Shown piece after piece: positions 10,307 to 20,058 of a DNA stretch of 26,051 nt. The stretch is from Candidatus Phoenicimicrobium oleiphilum (GTDB lineage: Bacteria > Atribacterota > Phoenicimicrobiia > Phoenicimicrobiales > Phoenicimicrobiaceae), in the NCBI GenBank assembly GCA_039638295.1, contig JBDIWJ010000024.1:1-26051 (forward strand), given 5' to 3'. The notes under the pieces are model-generated. The model saw nothing but the letters and a program-made list of their open reading frames with translations, had not been told where the DNA came from and made no database searches. The position numbers and the translations under genes were made by a program. Numbering within the stretch: position 1 is the first letter of the stretch; each line of letters starts with the position of its first letter.

Positions 10307-11635
10307 CTATAAATTTATTTGATATTTTTTTATCTTATCCAATAAGCTCCTCCTACTTATTCCTAAAATCTCTGCTGTTTTAGTGCGATTGCCTTTATTC
10401 TGGATTAAATACTTTATAATTAGCTCTTTTTCTACATCTTTCAAGGTTCCTTTTTTTTCAAATTTTCTTTCAGGTTCTATGAAATTAAAATAATTTTCGT
10501 CTATTATTTCATCTTTTACCATAATAATACTCCGTTCGATAATGTTTTCTAACTCTCGTATGTTACCTGGATAATTATAATCGAGCAGGAAATCCATAGC
10601 TTTTGCAGAAACTTTTTTAACTCTTTTGTTTAATATTTTGTTATATTTATTAATAAAATGCTCCACTAATAGAGGTATGTCTTCTTTTCTTTCTCTTAAA
10701 GGAGGAACATCTATATTAAAAACATTTATTCGATAGAATAAATCTTCTCTAAACCTTCTCTCTTCTACTTCTCTTTTCAAATCTTTATTGGTAGCTGTCA
10801 ATATTCGTGCATCTACTTTGATGCTCTTTGAGCTCCCTACTCTTTCGAATTCCTTTTCTTGCAAGACTCTAAGCAATTTCGTCTGAATAGAAAGATCCAT
10901 TTCCCCTATTTCGTCTAAAAAAATAGTTCCTCCGTGAGCCATTTCAAAACGGCCAATCCTTCGAGAAATTGCACCAGTAAAAGCTCCCTTTTCATGTCCA
11001 AATAGTTCACTTTCTAAAAGGTTTAGAGAAAAAGCTGCACAGTTTACCACCACAAATGGACCATCTTTACGCAAACTGTTCTTATGTATTGCTCGAGCTA
11101 TTAACTCTTTTCCAGTACCACTTTCACCAGTAATAAGTACTGTAGCAGGAGTGGAAGATACATTTTCTATCATTTCTAAAACTCTCTTAATTGAATTACT
11201 CTTTCCTATAATTTCCTCAAAGTTAAATCTTTTTTCTTCCTCCTCCCGATAGTAAATATTTTCTACTTTTAACTCATATTGCCTAATTGCTCTTTCCACA
11301 ATAATCTTTAATTCTTCAATATCAAAGGGCTTTATTAAATAATCTATTGCTCCTAACTTCATCGCTTCCACTGCTTCTGTAATACTGCCATAAGCAGACA
11401 TCATAATAATTGGTAAATTTAGATCATATTCTTTAATTTTCCGTAAGGTTTCAATTCCGTTTAGTCCAGGCATTCTAAGGTCTAACAATATTAAACTATA
11501 ATTTTCTTCCTCTAATTTCTTCAAGGTCTCTAAGCCATTAATGGCTTCTTTAACAATAAATCCCTCTGAAGAAAGTACGCGGACTAACATCCTTCTAATA
11601 TTCTGTTCATCATCAACCACTAATATTTTTCTCAA
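10307..11635 (-). CDS. Sigma54-dependent response regulator (NtrC/AtoC/ZraR family)
   Basis: REC domain (VVDDE, DLRMP, KPF), AAA+ domain (GESGTGKE, ESELFGHEKGAFTGA, FLDEIGE, PGNIRELEN), Fis-type HTH; TTG start with AGGAGG RBS. Confidence 0.95.
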   Translation of the reverse strand: MRKILVVDDEQNIRRMLVRVLSSEGFIVKEAINGLETLKKLEEENYSLILLDLRMPGLNGIETLRKIKEYDLNLPIIMMSAYGSITEAVEAMKLGAIDYLIKPFDIEELKIIVERAIRQYELKVENIYYREEEEKRFNFEEIIGKSNSIKRVLEMIENVSSTPATVLITGESGTGKELIARAIHKNSLRKDGPFVVVNCAAFSLNLLESELFGHEKGAFTGAISRRIGRFEMAHGGTIFLDEIGEMDLSIQTKLLRVLQEKEFERVGSSKSIKVDARILTATNKDLKREVEERRFREDLFYRINVFNIDVPPLRERKEDIPLLVEHFINKYNKILNKRVKKVSAKAMDFLLDYNYPGNIRELENIIERSIIMVKDEIIDENYFNFIEPERKFEKKGTLKDVEKELIIKYLIQNKGNRTKTAEILGISRRSLLDKIKKYQINL

Positions 11636-11637
11636 AA

Positions 11638-13341
11638 TTATTTCCTCCTTTTTCGAGGTAGGATAATAATAAATTTTGTTCCCTTACCTTCTTTAGATTC
11701 AACTTTAATTTCCCCTTGATGACCCTCTATAAGTTTATACACTATGGAAAGCCCCAATCCAGAACCTTGCTCTTTAGTGGAAAAGAAGGGGTCAAATATT
11801 TGATTAAGGTCTTGGGCAGCGATACCAATTCCATTATCCTCTACTACTAATTTTATAGCAGGATTTTCCCTTATAAAATCTTTTTCAGCCTTGATTTTGA
11901 TCTCTCCCTTCTCAGGTATGGCTTGAATTGCATTGATAATAATATTCATCAAAATTTGTCTTATCTGGTCTTTGTCGGCTTGAATTAAAGAAATATCTGG
12001 AGAAAGTTTTATATCAAACTTAATCTGTTTATTAGTAATTTCCTGCTTGAATAATTCAACTACATCGTTTATTAAATTTTTTAAAGAAAAAGAGGTTATG
12101 TTTAATTTTTTCACTTTCGCATAATCTAAAACTTGAACCACTAAATTATTTAATCTATCTACTTCCTGGATAATAGTATTAAGATCTTCTCTCCGTTCAT
12201 CATCCCTCGAAAATGAATCAGATACAAATTGAGCTAACCCCCTGATTGAACTTAGAGGATTTCTAATTTCGTGAGCAATACCAGCTGACAACTTACCCAG
12301 GGCAGCTAATCTCTTATTGCGAGCTATTTCATCATTTAAATTCTTGATCTCAGTCACATCCCTTATTACTGCTACCAGACCAGTTCTTTTACCAGATTCA
12401 TCAGTTAAAAAGGAAGTACTGACATCTAATATCTTCCTTTTTAACCCCTCTTCTTCTAAAGATATTTCCTGATCAACATTCCTATTCTCCAAAAGACATT
12501 TTTTTAGGATACATTCTCCCTCGACTCTTAAATTTAATACTTTTTGGCATTCTTTATTTAAAACTTCTTCCTTCTGCTTACCAAAAATTTCTTCACTCTT
12601 GCGATTAAAGGTTTTAATAATACCATTATTATCTATAGAGACTACCGCGTTATCCATAGTTTCCAGTAGCTTTGCAGTATAGTCTTTCATTTCATTTAAA
12701 GTCTTTTTTACAATATAGGTTTCCTGCAATTTAAAAATTACATATATTCCCAACAAGACCAGAACCATTATAATACCGTAGTTTAACATAATTCTCCTTC
12801 TAGTCTGATTCAAGCGGGCATAATACCCCTCCAAATTTATTCCTACTACTAAGTAACTATTTCTAAGAGGTAATACTTTCCAAATATCTAACTGTCTACT
12901 AATATCAAGGTTAAATGGTTTTATTACTTGAAGTACTCTATTCCCCTTTTTATCCCGAGTATTTATAAAATTGATTCTGCCTGGATTAGAAATTTGTATG
13001 GCATTGTTCCATCTTTCTTCTTCTGTGCTAATCAGGATTAAGCCTTTATCATTACAAATGTCGATATAACTTACTCCCTCTTTTTTTAAAAGCACCAAAA
13101 TTTCTTTCAAGGCATTTTCATTTAAGATAAATCGAGGACCAAGAGTTTGAATAGAGAAGGCAATATTTAAACCTTCTGAACGGGCTAATTCCCACAAATA
13201 ATATCTTTCTCTTTGGACTTCTTTATAGGTTAGTGAACCCAATAATAGGGTGAGGATTAAGATAGTAATTAAGACAAAAATAATATTTCTTTCTCGAAAA
13301 GGAGTAGATTTAGATGATTTTTGATTTTTCTCTTTTTTCAA
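11638..13341 (-). CDS. Membrane sensor histidine kinase with PAS domain (ZraS/AtoS-like)
   Basis: Two TM helices flanking an extracytoplasmic domain, PAS, AHEIRNPL H-box, NAIQA, DNGIGI, FDPFFSTK, GSGLGL. The track start at 13440 lies inside a REP; TTG 13341 is a tentative alternative with a weak RBS. Confidence 0.9.
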   Translation of the reverse strand: MKKEKNQKSSKSTPFRERNIIFVLITILILTLLLGSLTYKEVQRERYYLWELARSEGLNIAFSIQTLGPRFILNENALKEILVLLKKEGVSYIDICNDKGLILISTEEERWNNAIQISNPGRINFINTRDKKGNRVLQVIKPFNLDISRQLDIWKVLPLRNSYLVVGINLEGYYARLNQTRRRIMLNYGIIMVLVLLGIYVIFKLQETYIVKKTLNEMKDYTAKLLETMDNAVVSIDNNGIIKTFNRKSEEIFGKQKEEVLNKECQKVLNLRVEGECILKKCLLENRNVDQEISLEEEGLKRKILDVSTSFLTDESGKRTGLVAVIRDVTEIKNLNDEIARNKRLAALGKLSAGIAHEIRNPLSSIRGLAQFVSDSFSRDDERREDLNTIIQEVDRLNNLVVQVLDYAKVKKLNITSFSLKNLINDVVELFKQEITNKQIKFDIKLSPDISLIQADKDQIRQILMNIIINAIQAIPEKGEIKIKAEKDFIRENPAIKLVVEDNGIGIAAQDLNQIFDPFFSTKEQGSGLGLSIVYKLIEGHQGEIKVESKEGKGTKFIIILPRKRRK

Positions 13342-13379
13342 TTTTATAGACCGTTTATCTTTTTTATGAATTTTAATTT

Positions 13380-13458
13380 GTAGGGGCACAATGAATTGTG
13401 CCCCCTCTATCTTTATATTATTTACCTTTAATGTGGGCACGATGCATCGTGCCCCTAC
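13380..13458. repeat. Inverted doublet of GTAG-type REP sequences (REPIN-like)
   Basis: GTAGGGGCACAATGAATTGTGCCC (13380-13403) and GGGCACGATGCATCGTGCCCCTAC (13435-13458). Confidence 0.83.
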
Positions 13459-13515
13459 ATCGGACTCCTGGCTTCTGACTTTTGGCTACTATTCTCTTTA
13501 CGAGATACGAAATGC
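13459..13515. repeat. Heptamer arrays adjoining the REP doublet
   Basis: CGGACTC CTGGCTT CTGACTT TTGGCTA, then ACGAGAT ACGAAAT. Confidence 0.7.
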
Positions 13516-13523
13516 GGTTTCAT

Positions 13524-14975
13524 TCAGTCAATCTTCTCTACTTTAATCGGAACATAATAGGTATGATGGTTACGAAATACTAATAATAATAAGGTGCTTC
13601 CGGGCTCTAATTTACTGATTACTTCTTCCCATTCCTCAAGAGAAGAAAGTTCTGTTCGATTAGCTTCTAAAATTATGTCTCCTCTGCTCAAACCCATATC
13701 CTCTGCCGAACTACCAGGAATTACCTCAGTAATCACCAACCCTTTTACCCAGGGCAATCCTACTTCTTTCGCAATCTCAGGAGTCACTTTTTCCACTCTT
13801 AATCCAGTCTGAATGGAAAATACTTTCTCCTTGGGAAATTCGCCTTCTTCTCGAGTAGTAGGCATTTCTCCAATTTTTACGATAAAATTAATTGTTTTAC
13901 CATCTCGCACTACCTCTATCTTCGCCTTTTCACCAATATTTATACTTCTTATTTTGTCTTGAAGTTTCTGGGTGGAATTAACCTCTTCGTCATTAACCTT
14001 TACAATTATGTCCCCTCTTTTTATTCCCGATTTCTCCGCAGGACTGTCTTTAACCACATCTCCTACTAAAACACCCTTCGCTTCAGAAAGACCAAATTGT
14101 TCAGCAATTTCCGGGGTAACTTCTTGAATATACACGCCTATCCAGGGTGTTCTTACTCGTCCTAAATTAATAAGGTCCTCTATATTCCTCTTGGCCATAT
14201 TAATCGGAATAGCAAATCCAATACCCTGGGCATAGGGAATAATAGCAGTATTTATTCCCACAACTTCACCTTTGGTATTAAGTAATGGACCACCACTATT
14301 CCCGGGATTAATGGCCGTATCAGTTTGAATAAAATTTCTATAAATATGTCCGTCTATCTCAGTAGGAATAGAACGATCTTTAGCACTAACTACTCCCATA
14401 GTTACAGTCTGTTGGAGCCCATAAGGATTACCGATAGCTATCACAATTTCCCCAACTCTTAACTCATCTGAATCACCCAGGGTCACAGTTGGCAGATGAT
14501 CTGCCTGTATTTTTACTATAGCCATATCTGTAGTTACATCTGAGCCAACCACTTTTCCATCAAACTCTCTACCATCAGGAAGAGAAACTTTTATCTTATC
14601 TGCTTTATGCACTACGTGTTCATTAGTAAGAATATATCCCTCTTGGTTAATAATAAACCCGGATCCGGTACCCTTTTGGGGAATCGTTTTTGTGTATTCT
14701 TTAAATTTATCACCAAAGAAATGTCTGAATATAGGATCATCAAAGAAGGGGAAATCAGTTTTTACCATCCTCACTGTATCAATATTAACTACTGCTGGTC
14801 CAACTTTTTCTGCGATATCAGCTATGCTATTACTTAAAGCTTGTATAGACGAATAAGATTTTTCCTGCTGAGGTTCTGCGTTTATAATTTGTACCCAACT
14901 TAAAGAAACCAACAAGATTAAAATTGTAACCAGTATAAATTTTTTGTTAATTTTCAAGGAAATAATTTTCATCAT
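13524..14975 (-). CDS. degP: DegP/HtrA-family serine protease with two PDZ domains
   Basis: Signal/anchor peptide, GSGFII, TNEHVV, DMA, IQTDTAINPGNSGGPL, GIGFAIP, two PDZ domains; GGAGGTG RBS. Confidence 0.93.
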   Translation of the reverse strand: MMKIISLKINKKFILVTILILLVSLSWVQIINAEPQQEKSYSSIQALSNSIADIAEKVGPAVVNIDTVRMVKTDFPFFDDPIFRHFFGDKFKEYTKTIPQKGTGSGFIINQEGYILTNEHVVHKADKIKVSLPDGREFDGKVVGSDVTTDMAIVKIQADHLPTVTLGDSDELRVGEIVIAIGNPYGLQQTVTMGVVSAKDRSIPTEIDGHIYRNFIQTDTAINPGNSGGPLLNTKGEVVGINTAIIPYAQGIGFAIPINMAKRNIEDLINLGRVRTPWIGVYIQEVTPEIAEQFGLSEAKGVLVGDVVKDSPAEKSGIKRGDIIVKVNDEEVNSTQKLQDKIRSINIGEKAKIEVVRDGKTINFIVKIGEMPTTREEGEFPKEKVFSIQTGLRVEKVTPEIAKEVGLPWVKGLVITEVIPGSSAEDMGLSRGDIILEANRTELSSLEEWEEVISKLEPGSTLLLLVFRNHHTYYVPIKVEKID

Positions 14976-15073
14976 ATTTTAGTTGCACCTCCGTATAAAT
15001 AAATTATGATAGATTTGGGGAGGAAAAAACCTATATTCTCCCCCCCTTTTTTATATGTATCTAACTTTAATTA

Positions 15074-15622
15074 TCAAAGATTGTTTCCAAACATCTTAGC
15101 AGCATCAATGAACTTTCTAAAAGCAAAAATCTGGAAAGGAATTCCTTCTGGTAATTTTTCTTGCTGTTCTGGAGTTAGAATACCTTTTATTGTCAGGTAT
15201 TCTTCAATCGCCTTTATCTTCATTTCTGTTTCTAAATTAGCAATTTCTTGTAGCTTTGTTCTAATTTTTATTAGATCAGGATCTTTCTCTAAGAATAAAA
15301 TCTTAATTTCTAACTGATTAATCTCTACTTTGTTCTTTAATCCCAGTATTTCTTTTTGAAAATCTAAATCTATCCTTCTTATTTTATTCTTTTGTTCTTC
15401 AGATAGATTTAAAGATTCAACGAACTCTTTCATCTTTGCAACCGGACTTTTTTCTAAGCGCTCCTTCATCATATCTCTAAATTCATAACAGTTCTGCTGT
15501 TGTACCTTTTGCTTTACCCCAGGTAATAATTTCCCTTGTTGGGCGGAAGAATATTGAGCAACGCCTAAAAACACTACAGTTATTGCTACTATTAGGGTTA
15601 AAATGACAAACTTTGTTTTCAT
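15074..15622 (-). CDS. Spy/CpxP/ZraP-family exported chaperone-like protein
   Basis: Signal peptide; LNLSEEQ and ILTPEQQ (LTxxQ) motifs; GGGAGGTG RBS. Confidence 0.85.
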   Translation of the reverse strand: MKTKFVILTLIVAITVVFLGVAQYSSAQQGKLLPGVKQKVQQQNCYEFRDMMKERLEKSPVAKMKEFVESLNLSEEQKNKIRRIDLDFQKEILGLKNKVEINQLEIKILFLEKDPDLIKIRTKLQEIANLETEMKIKAIEEYLTIKGILTPEQQEKLPEGIPFQIFAFRKFIDAAKMFGNNL

Positions 15623-15676
15623 CCATTTTCACCTCCCCTCTGATTTTTTTATTTTTTTATTCTAACCAATAATAGA

Positions 15677-15693
15677 AGCAATTACTGTGCCAA
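15677..15693 (-). promoter_or_regulatory. Sigma54 (-24/-12) promoter
   Basis: TTGGCACAGTAATTGCT matches the TGGCAC-N5-TTGC consensus, about 55 bp upstream of the Spy-like gene, in a cluster encoding a GAFTGA activator. Confidence 0.88.
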
Positions 15694-15871
15694 TATTTAA
15701 AATTACTGCTCAATTTATTATTTTCCAAAAATGCTTTCAGAAATACAAATAAATAAATAGTGTTGGGAAGGTTATTCAAAATATGATAGAAAAATTTTAA
15801 ACCATTTATCTTTCTTTTAATAATCAGTTTTTATTAAAAAGCTAACTTGTCTCATTTTCTAATTAAAATAC

Positions 15872-15907
15872 TGTGCAATTTTTTCTCAATAAGTAATTTT
15901 ATTCTTC
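15872..15907. promoter_or_regulatory. Candidate upstream activator sites for the sigma54 activator
   Basis: Imperfect dyad TGTGCAATTTTTTCTCA plus a weaker adjacent copy, about 180-210 bp upstream of the -24 box. Confidence 0.35.
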
Positions 15908-15930
15908 CAATAAATTCTCTTTAATCAGGC

Positions 15931-16476
15931 CTATCGGTCAAAGTAAATACTCTTGCCAGTTACTGATAAGGGAATGCCCATTACAAAATCTGCATCTATC
16001 AGACCCATTTTTTTAGCTACTACTCCAGCACGGTACATTATCCGATTATCTACATTCATTATTCCAGCAGTCTTGACGGCTGACCCAATAGCGATTCCCA
16101 TATCTAAAAGTCTAAAAGCACATTGCGGTCCATCAAATTCGCTCCCCTGATGAGAAATTCTGTCTGCACACCGGTCATATCCACAAGCACCGCAATTCAA
16201 ACCCAAGGAAACAGCATCTTTTATGCCAATTAATAATACCGCCAGAGAATTTTTAACATTGTCACCATCACGGTCAAAATTTTTCTTCCCCATCTGTTCG
16301 CCATAACTGACCATTTCTTTTGCTAATTTGATTACATCTTCTCCATAAATTGCTTTAACCACTACAAAATCTTTTCCAGCAGATTTTGGTGCAGTACGAG
16401 CAGCAACTCCCATCAAATTCGCAACATCCTTTATGGCTTCCTGGACATCAAATTCTGATAATTTTTGATTAGACAT
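15931..16476 (-). CDS. DUF2148-like ferredoxin-domain / nitroreductase-like protein
   Basis: AARTAPK, NFDRD, NCGACGYDRC, GPQC, DMGIAIGSA, VDNRIMY, GKSIYFDR; AGGAGG RBS. Confidence 0.8.
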   Translation of the reverse strand: MSNQKLSEFDVQEAIKDVANLMGVAARTAPKSAGKDFVVVKAIYGEDVIKLAKEMVSYGEQMGKKNFDRDGDNVKNSLAVLLIGIKDAVSLGLNCGACGYDRCADRISHQGSEFDGPQCAFRLLDMGIAIGSAVKTAGIMNVDNRIMYRAGVVAKKMGLIDADFVMGIPLSVTGKSIYFDR

Positions 16477-16496
16477 TTTTCTTAATTCCTCCTTGA

Positions 16497-16786
16497 ATTA
16501 ATTCTCCAATTCTCCAATTAACCAATTGACCAATAAATTAATTGACCTATGACCTATTCTCCAATTGACCAATTAAATTAGTATAAGACGGGTTTGATAA
16601 ATCAAACCCCTACTTCTGAATGTTATATGTTAATAATCTTCTGACTCCTGGATACTGGCTCCTAACTTCTTTTTTCTTAACGAGATACTATTTACGAAAT
16701 ACGAGATACGAATTTTGTTTTGCACTTTTCGTTTTTCGCTATATACGATATACAATATACGCGATACTATATACGATATAATTATA
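16497..16786. repeat. Composite repeat element filling the whole intergenic spacer
   Basis: CCAATT octamers 16506-16574, TGACCTA x2, REP 16590-16613, CTGACTC-type units 16641-16668, ACGAGAT units 16680-16712, TTTTGC/TTTTCG units, ATACGAT units to 16780. Confidence 0.82.
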
Positions 16787-17755
16787 CTATTCAATTATTT
16801 CGTAATCAATAACCTGAAAGGTAGCCAGATTCTTGTTGGTAGTCAATAACCAATCTATTTCAACGGGAACAGAAAAATCTGGTTGAAGTCTACCCTTTTC
16901 CAACCAGTATCGAGAATGCTGATTATTAAACTGTCCTTTGTTTGCTTTGACGATCAATTTAATCGGTTTATCTAAAAATACTATTTCTTCTAAAGTTTTT
17001 ACTTTTTTAAGCTCTTCGATCACCCTTCTTTTTAAACTTTCACCAGGAAAAGGCAATATATTTACTAATCCTATATTTTTATTTAAAGGTCCTATAATCT
17101 TGACATTGGCTAATTTTGCCGTATATCCCTCCCTCTCTAAAACATCTAAAATAATCTCATTTGCTTCCGCTACTGCCTTGCCATGATAATTAGTTGCAGC
17201 TAAAGGTTTAAGTAAATGCTTTAATTTGCAACCTTCTCTAAATTTACTCTCCCCAATTTTTAATATTTTTAGATTAAAAAAATTAGCTATCTCTCTTATT
17301 TCTTCTTTGTCCTTCTCAAAGAGGGGGGCATAAAAACCATCGCAAATTTTTATGCCCTTCTTGCCCCAGGTATCACTCTGGTTGGAACCAGTCAAAACTA
17401 ATCTTCCTTTAGCTTCTCTTTTAACTCTACCTAACTTCGCAATTCGAGTACACTTATTACAGGCTGGCCCTTTCTTCAAAAGCTTCTCCTGTTCTTCCTT
17501 ACCTAGAACAATCCTTAATTTTAAATCCAAATCTTTACTAATGTTTTGAACATTTTTTATACCTTTATTATAAGTGTATTCTCCGAAATTAATGTTAATT
17601 ACTTCAACTTTTTCTTTACCTAAAGCTCGGACTGCCAAAGCAGAAACCACAGTACTATCTAATCCCCCCGAAAAAGCCACAACCACCTTTTCTTCTCTAC
17701 TTACCTCTCTAATCTCTTCTAATAGAATTTTGGTATTTTCTTTTATCTGATACAT
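16787..17755 (-). CDS. PP-loop ATPase (LarE/QueC/ExsB-like), possible Fe-S sulfur insertase
   Basis: VAFSGGLDS PP-loop, PACNKC, LTGSNQSD, EGCKLKH. Confidence 0.75.
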   Translation of the reverse strand: MYQIKENTKILLEEIREVSREEKVVVAFSGGLDSTVVSALAVRALGKEKVEVININFGEYTYNKGIKNVQNISKDLDLKLRIVLGKEEQEKLLKKGPACNKCTRIAKLGRVKREAKGRLVLTGSNQSDTWGKKGIKICDGFYAPLFEKDKEEIREIANFFNLKILKIGESKFREGCKLKHLLKPLAATNYHGKAVAEANEIILDVLEREGYTAKLANVKIIGPLNKNIGLVNILPFPGESLKRRVIEELKKVKTLEEIVFLDKPIKLIVKANKGQFNNQHSRYWLEKGRLQPDFSVPVEIDWLLTTNKNLATFQVIDYEIIE

Positions 17756-17842
17756 TTAAAAACCCAGCCTGTTTTTATTTTAATTATACCAAAAGTTTCA
17801 ACTTGTTATAAATTAATTCTATTTTAAAAAAATAACCAATAA

Positions 17843-17890
17843 AAAAAGGCCAAGGATGGTAAATAAAACAGCTGATACCTTGACCTTTTT
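17843..17890. terminator. Possible terminator hairpin after the thioredoxin gene
   Basis: AAAAAGGCCAAGG ... CCTTGACCTTTTT imperfect stem with a large loop. Confidence 0.5.
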
Positions 17891-17931
17891 AATAAAATTA
17901 ATCAGATTAGTTTATATCCACGAAGATATAG

Positions 17932-18492
17932 TTAATTTGTATTTTTCTTTAAATATTCCTCAAAAGAGATACTTTTGTACCATCCTTCCCCTATATATTT
18001 TACTACTGAGATAAACTGGTCAGCTGGCACATATCCTGGTAAAGGAGCAATCCTGGTATAATTGCTTTCTAAAAACCAGGTAGTAGGATAACCACTGACC
18101 TGAAACAAGGTAGCTAATTTTCTTTCAGAAATCTCTTCTCCTTTTTCTAGTACTTTATTCTCCGATTTCGCATTTATTTTAATATTTACAAATTTATCAG
18201 ATAATATCTTCTTTACCTCTTCATTAGAGTAAGTTTCTTTCTCCATCTTTCGACACCAACCACATTCATCAGTATAAAAGTAGATCAAAACATATTTATT
18301 CTCTTTCTCTGCTTTTAACAATCCTTCATTATAAGGCAACCAGGTGAATATTAAGGGTTTATCCCCTTCTACTGCTTCAACACCCGGCTGATAATTCTTA
18401 AAATATGGTTTTAGCCCGAAAAAAAATATTATTGCTACTAAAATTACTAAAACCGTTATTTTGTTTCTTTTTGTAGAAATAATCTTCATCAT
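17932..18492 (-). CDS. Membrane-anchored thioredoxin-fold protein (SoxW-like)
   Basis: N-terminal TM helix, FYTDECGWCRKM (CxxC), cis-Pro loop GYPT, LPGYVP; downstream of ccdA. Confidence 0.88.
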   Translation of the reverse strand: MMKIISTKRNKITVLVILVAIIFFFGLKPYFKNYQPGVEAVEGDKPLIFTWLPYNEGLLKAEKENKYVLIYFYTDECGWCRKMEKETYSNEEVKKILSDKFVNIKINAKSENKVLEKGEEISERKLATLFQVSGYPTTWFLESNYTRIAPLPGYVPADQFISVVKYIGEGWYKSISFEEYLKKNTN

Positions 18493-18799
18493 TATTTAAA
18501 ACTCCTATTAATTATTTTAATTTATATCTTTTACCATTTTACGACTTATAATTTTTATCATTAATTGGTTATTTTCCAAAAAGCAAAAAGTACTTTCAGC
18601 AAGTTGTGTATATGGTATGTTATCGTGCCTCTCTACTTTACCATTTTGTCTACTTTTTGGGTTTCAATCACTAATCAAGATTGTCAGGGGAGTGAACTCC
18701 CCTAAAACCCCTCTACCTCTTTTTTTACTCCATTTCGATTTTATATAAAACTTTTCCTGACCATCATGTTAGAATCTATTGTTTTTTAAAAAGTATTCA

Positions 18800-18838
18800 T
18801 TTAGAGCATCAGAATTTTTGAAATTCCGATGCTCTAAA
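18800..18838. terminator. Hairpin after ccdA, probable terminator
   Basis: TTTAGAGCATC-A-GAATTT ttg AAATTC-C-GATGCTCTAAA, 11 nt beyond the ccdA stop. Confidence 0.65.
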
Positions 18839-18849
18839 ATAACTTATTT

Positions 18850-19563
18850 TTACTGAATAAAATAATTTACTATTCTCTGTAAATTATCGGTAAGAATTAA
18901 ACTACCAATTAGCACCAGTAGTATACCACCTACCATCTCTATAATCTTAAAATTCTTTTTAATCTTATTTGAAAATAAATAGAATTTATTAATGGCTAAT
19001 GCAGTCAATAAAAAGGGAATTCCTAAACCTGCTGAATAAAGAGTAAGCAGTAGAATCCCCTGATAGACTGTATCCTGAGTACTCGCATAAACTAATATAG
19101 CTGCCAATATTGGACCAACACATGGTGTCCATCCAAAAGCAAAAGCTAATCCCATCAGAAAAGGACCTACTATAATATTAACTGGTCTGGCCTTAGTATA
19201 TAATCTTTTTTCATAATCTAAGAATTTTATTCTGTATAATCCTGACATATGTATGCCAAAAAGGATAATTATAATCCCTGCCACTTTTCTTAGAATAAAT
19301 GCTTTCTCCAGTAAAAAATTTCCCAGAAAAGTAGCAGTTGCCCCCAGAAGAATAAATATTAAAGAAAATCCCAGAATAAAAAATAAAGAACTAATAATTA
19401 TGGTATTTTGATTTTGTCCTTTCTTACCTTCTATATCCTCTAAAGAAACACCAGAGATAAAAGAAATGTATCCTGGAATTAGAGGTAAGACACAAGGAGA
19501 TATAAATGATAAAAATCCAGCTAAAAAAGCAGCTATTAAAGATACTTCACTTAATACTAACAT
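18850..19563 (-). CDS. ccdA: CcdA / DsbD-beta transmembrane electron transporter
   Basis: AGFLSFISPCVLPLIPGY, AFGWTPCVGPIL, YSAGLGIPF; about 6 TM helices. Confidence 0.93.
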   Translation of the reverse strand: MLVLSEVSLIAAFLAGFLSFISPCVLPLIPGYISFISGVSLEDIEGKKGQNQNTIIISSLFFILGFSLIFILLGATATFLGNFLLEKAFILRKVAGIIIILFGIHMSGLYRIKFLDYEKRLYTKARPVNIIVGPFLMGLAFAFGWTPCVGPILAAILVYASTQDTVYQGILLLTLYSAGLGIPFLLTALAINKFYLFSNKIKKNFKIIEMVGGILLVLIGSLILTDNLQRIVNYFIQ

Positions 19564-19589
19564 ATTTAATTTTCTTTACCTTTCCTCTA

Positions 19590-19994
19590 TTATTTTTTAA
19601 TATCAATTTTTTCTTTTAAACTTTGAGATTTTTTCTTATAATCTTCAATAGCTTTTACTAAACCATCAGCTGCTAAATTTGAACAATGCATCTTAATTGG
19701 AGGAAGTCCTCCCAAAGCCTCTGCCACTGTTTTATTGCTTATTTTTAAAGCCTCAGCAATGGTTTTGCCTTTTACCATCTCGGTTACCATACTGCTCGTA
19801 GCAATGGCTGCTCCACAGCCAAAAGTTTTAAATTTACAATCGACTATTTTACCATCTTTCACTTTTATATAAATTTTCATTATATCCCCACATACAGGGT
19901 TACCAACTTCTCCTATTCCGTCAGCATCTTTGATTTCTCCCACATTGCGAGGATTTTTAAAATGTTCCATCACTTTATCACTGTATATACTCAT
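19590..19994 (-). CDS. iscU: Fe-S cluster scaffold IscU/NifU (N-terminal type)
   Basis: YSDKVMEHFKNPRNVG, GNPVCGD, FGCGAAIA, LPPIKMHCSNLA. Confidence 0.95.
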   Translation of the reverse strand: MSIYSDKVMEHFKNPRNVGEIKDADGIGEVGNPVCGDIMKIYIKVKDGKIVDCKFKTFGCGAAIATSSMVTEMVKGKTIAEALKISNKTVAEALGGLPPIKMHCSNLAADGLVKAIEDYKKKSQSLKEKIDIKK

Positions 19995-20058
19995 TCAGCA
20001 ATTCTCCTTCTTAATTCTATATTGAATGAAAAATTTAAATCTTTCTTTTTATGATTTG

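Noticed and set aside
15017..15046. GGGGAG..CTCCCC hairpin between the Spy-like gene and degP as a terminator
   Set aside because: Short stem, large loop and no U-tract on the coding strand; it may only stabilise the upstream mRNA.
16497..16786. CRISPR array in the repeat-rich spacers
   Set aside because: Units are 7-8 nt, degenerate and tandem; there are no 23-47 nt repeats with unique spacers and no cas genes.
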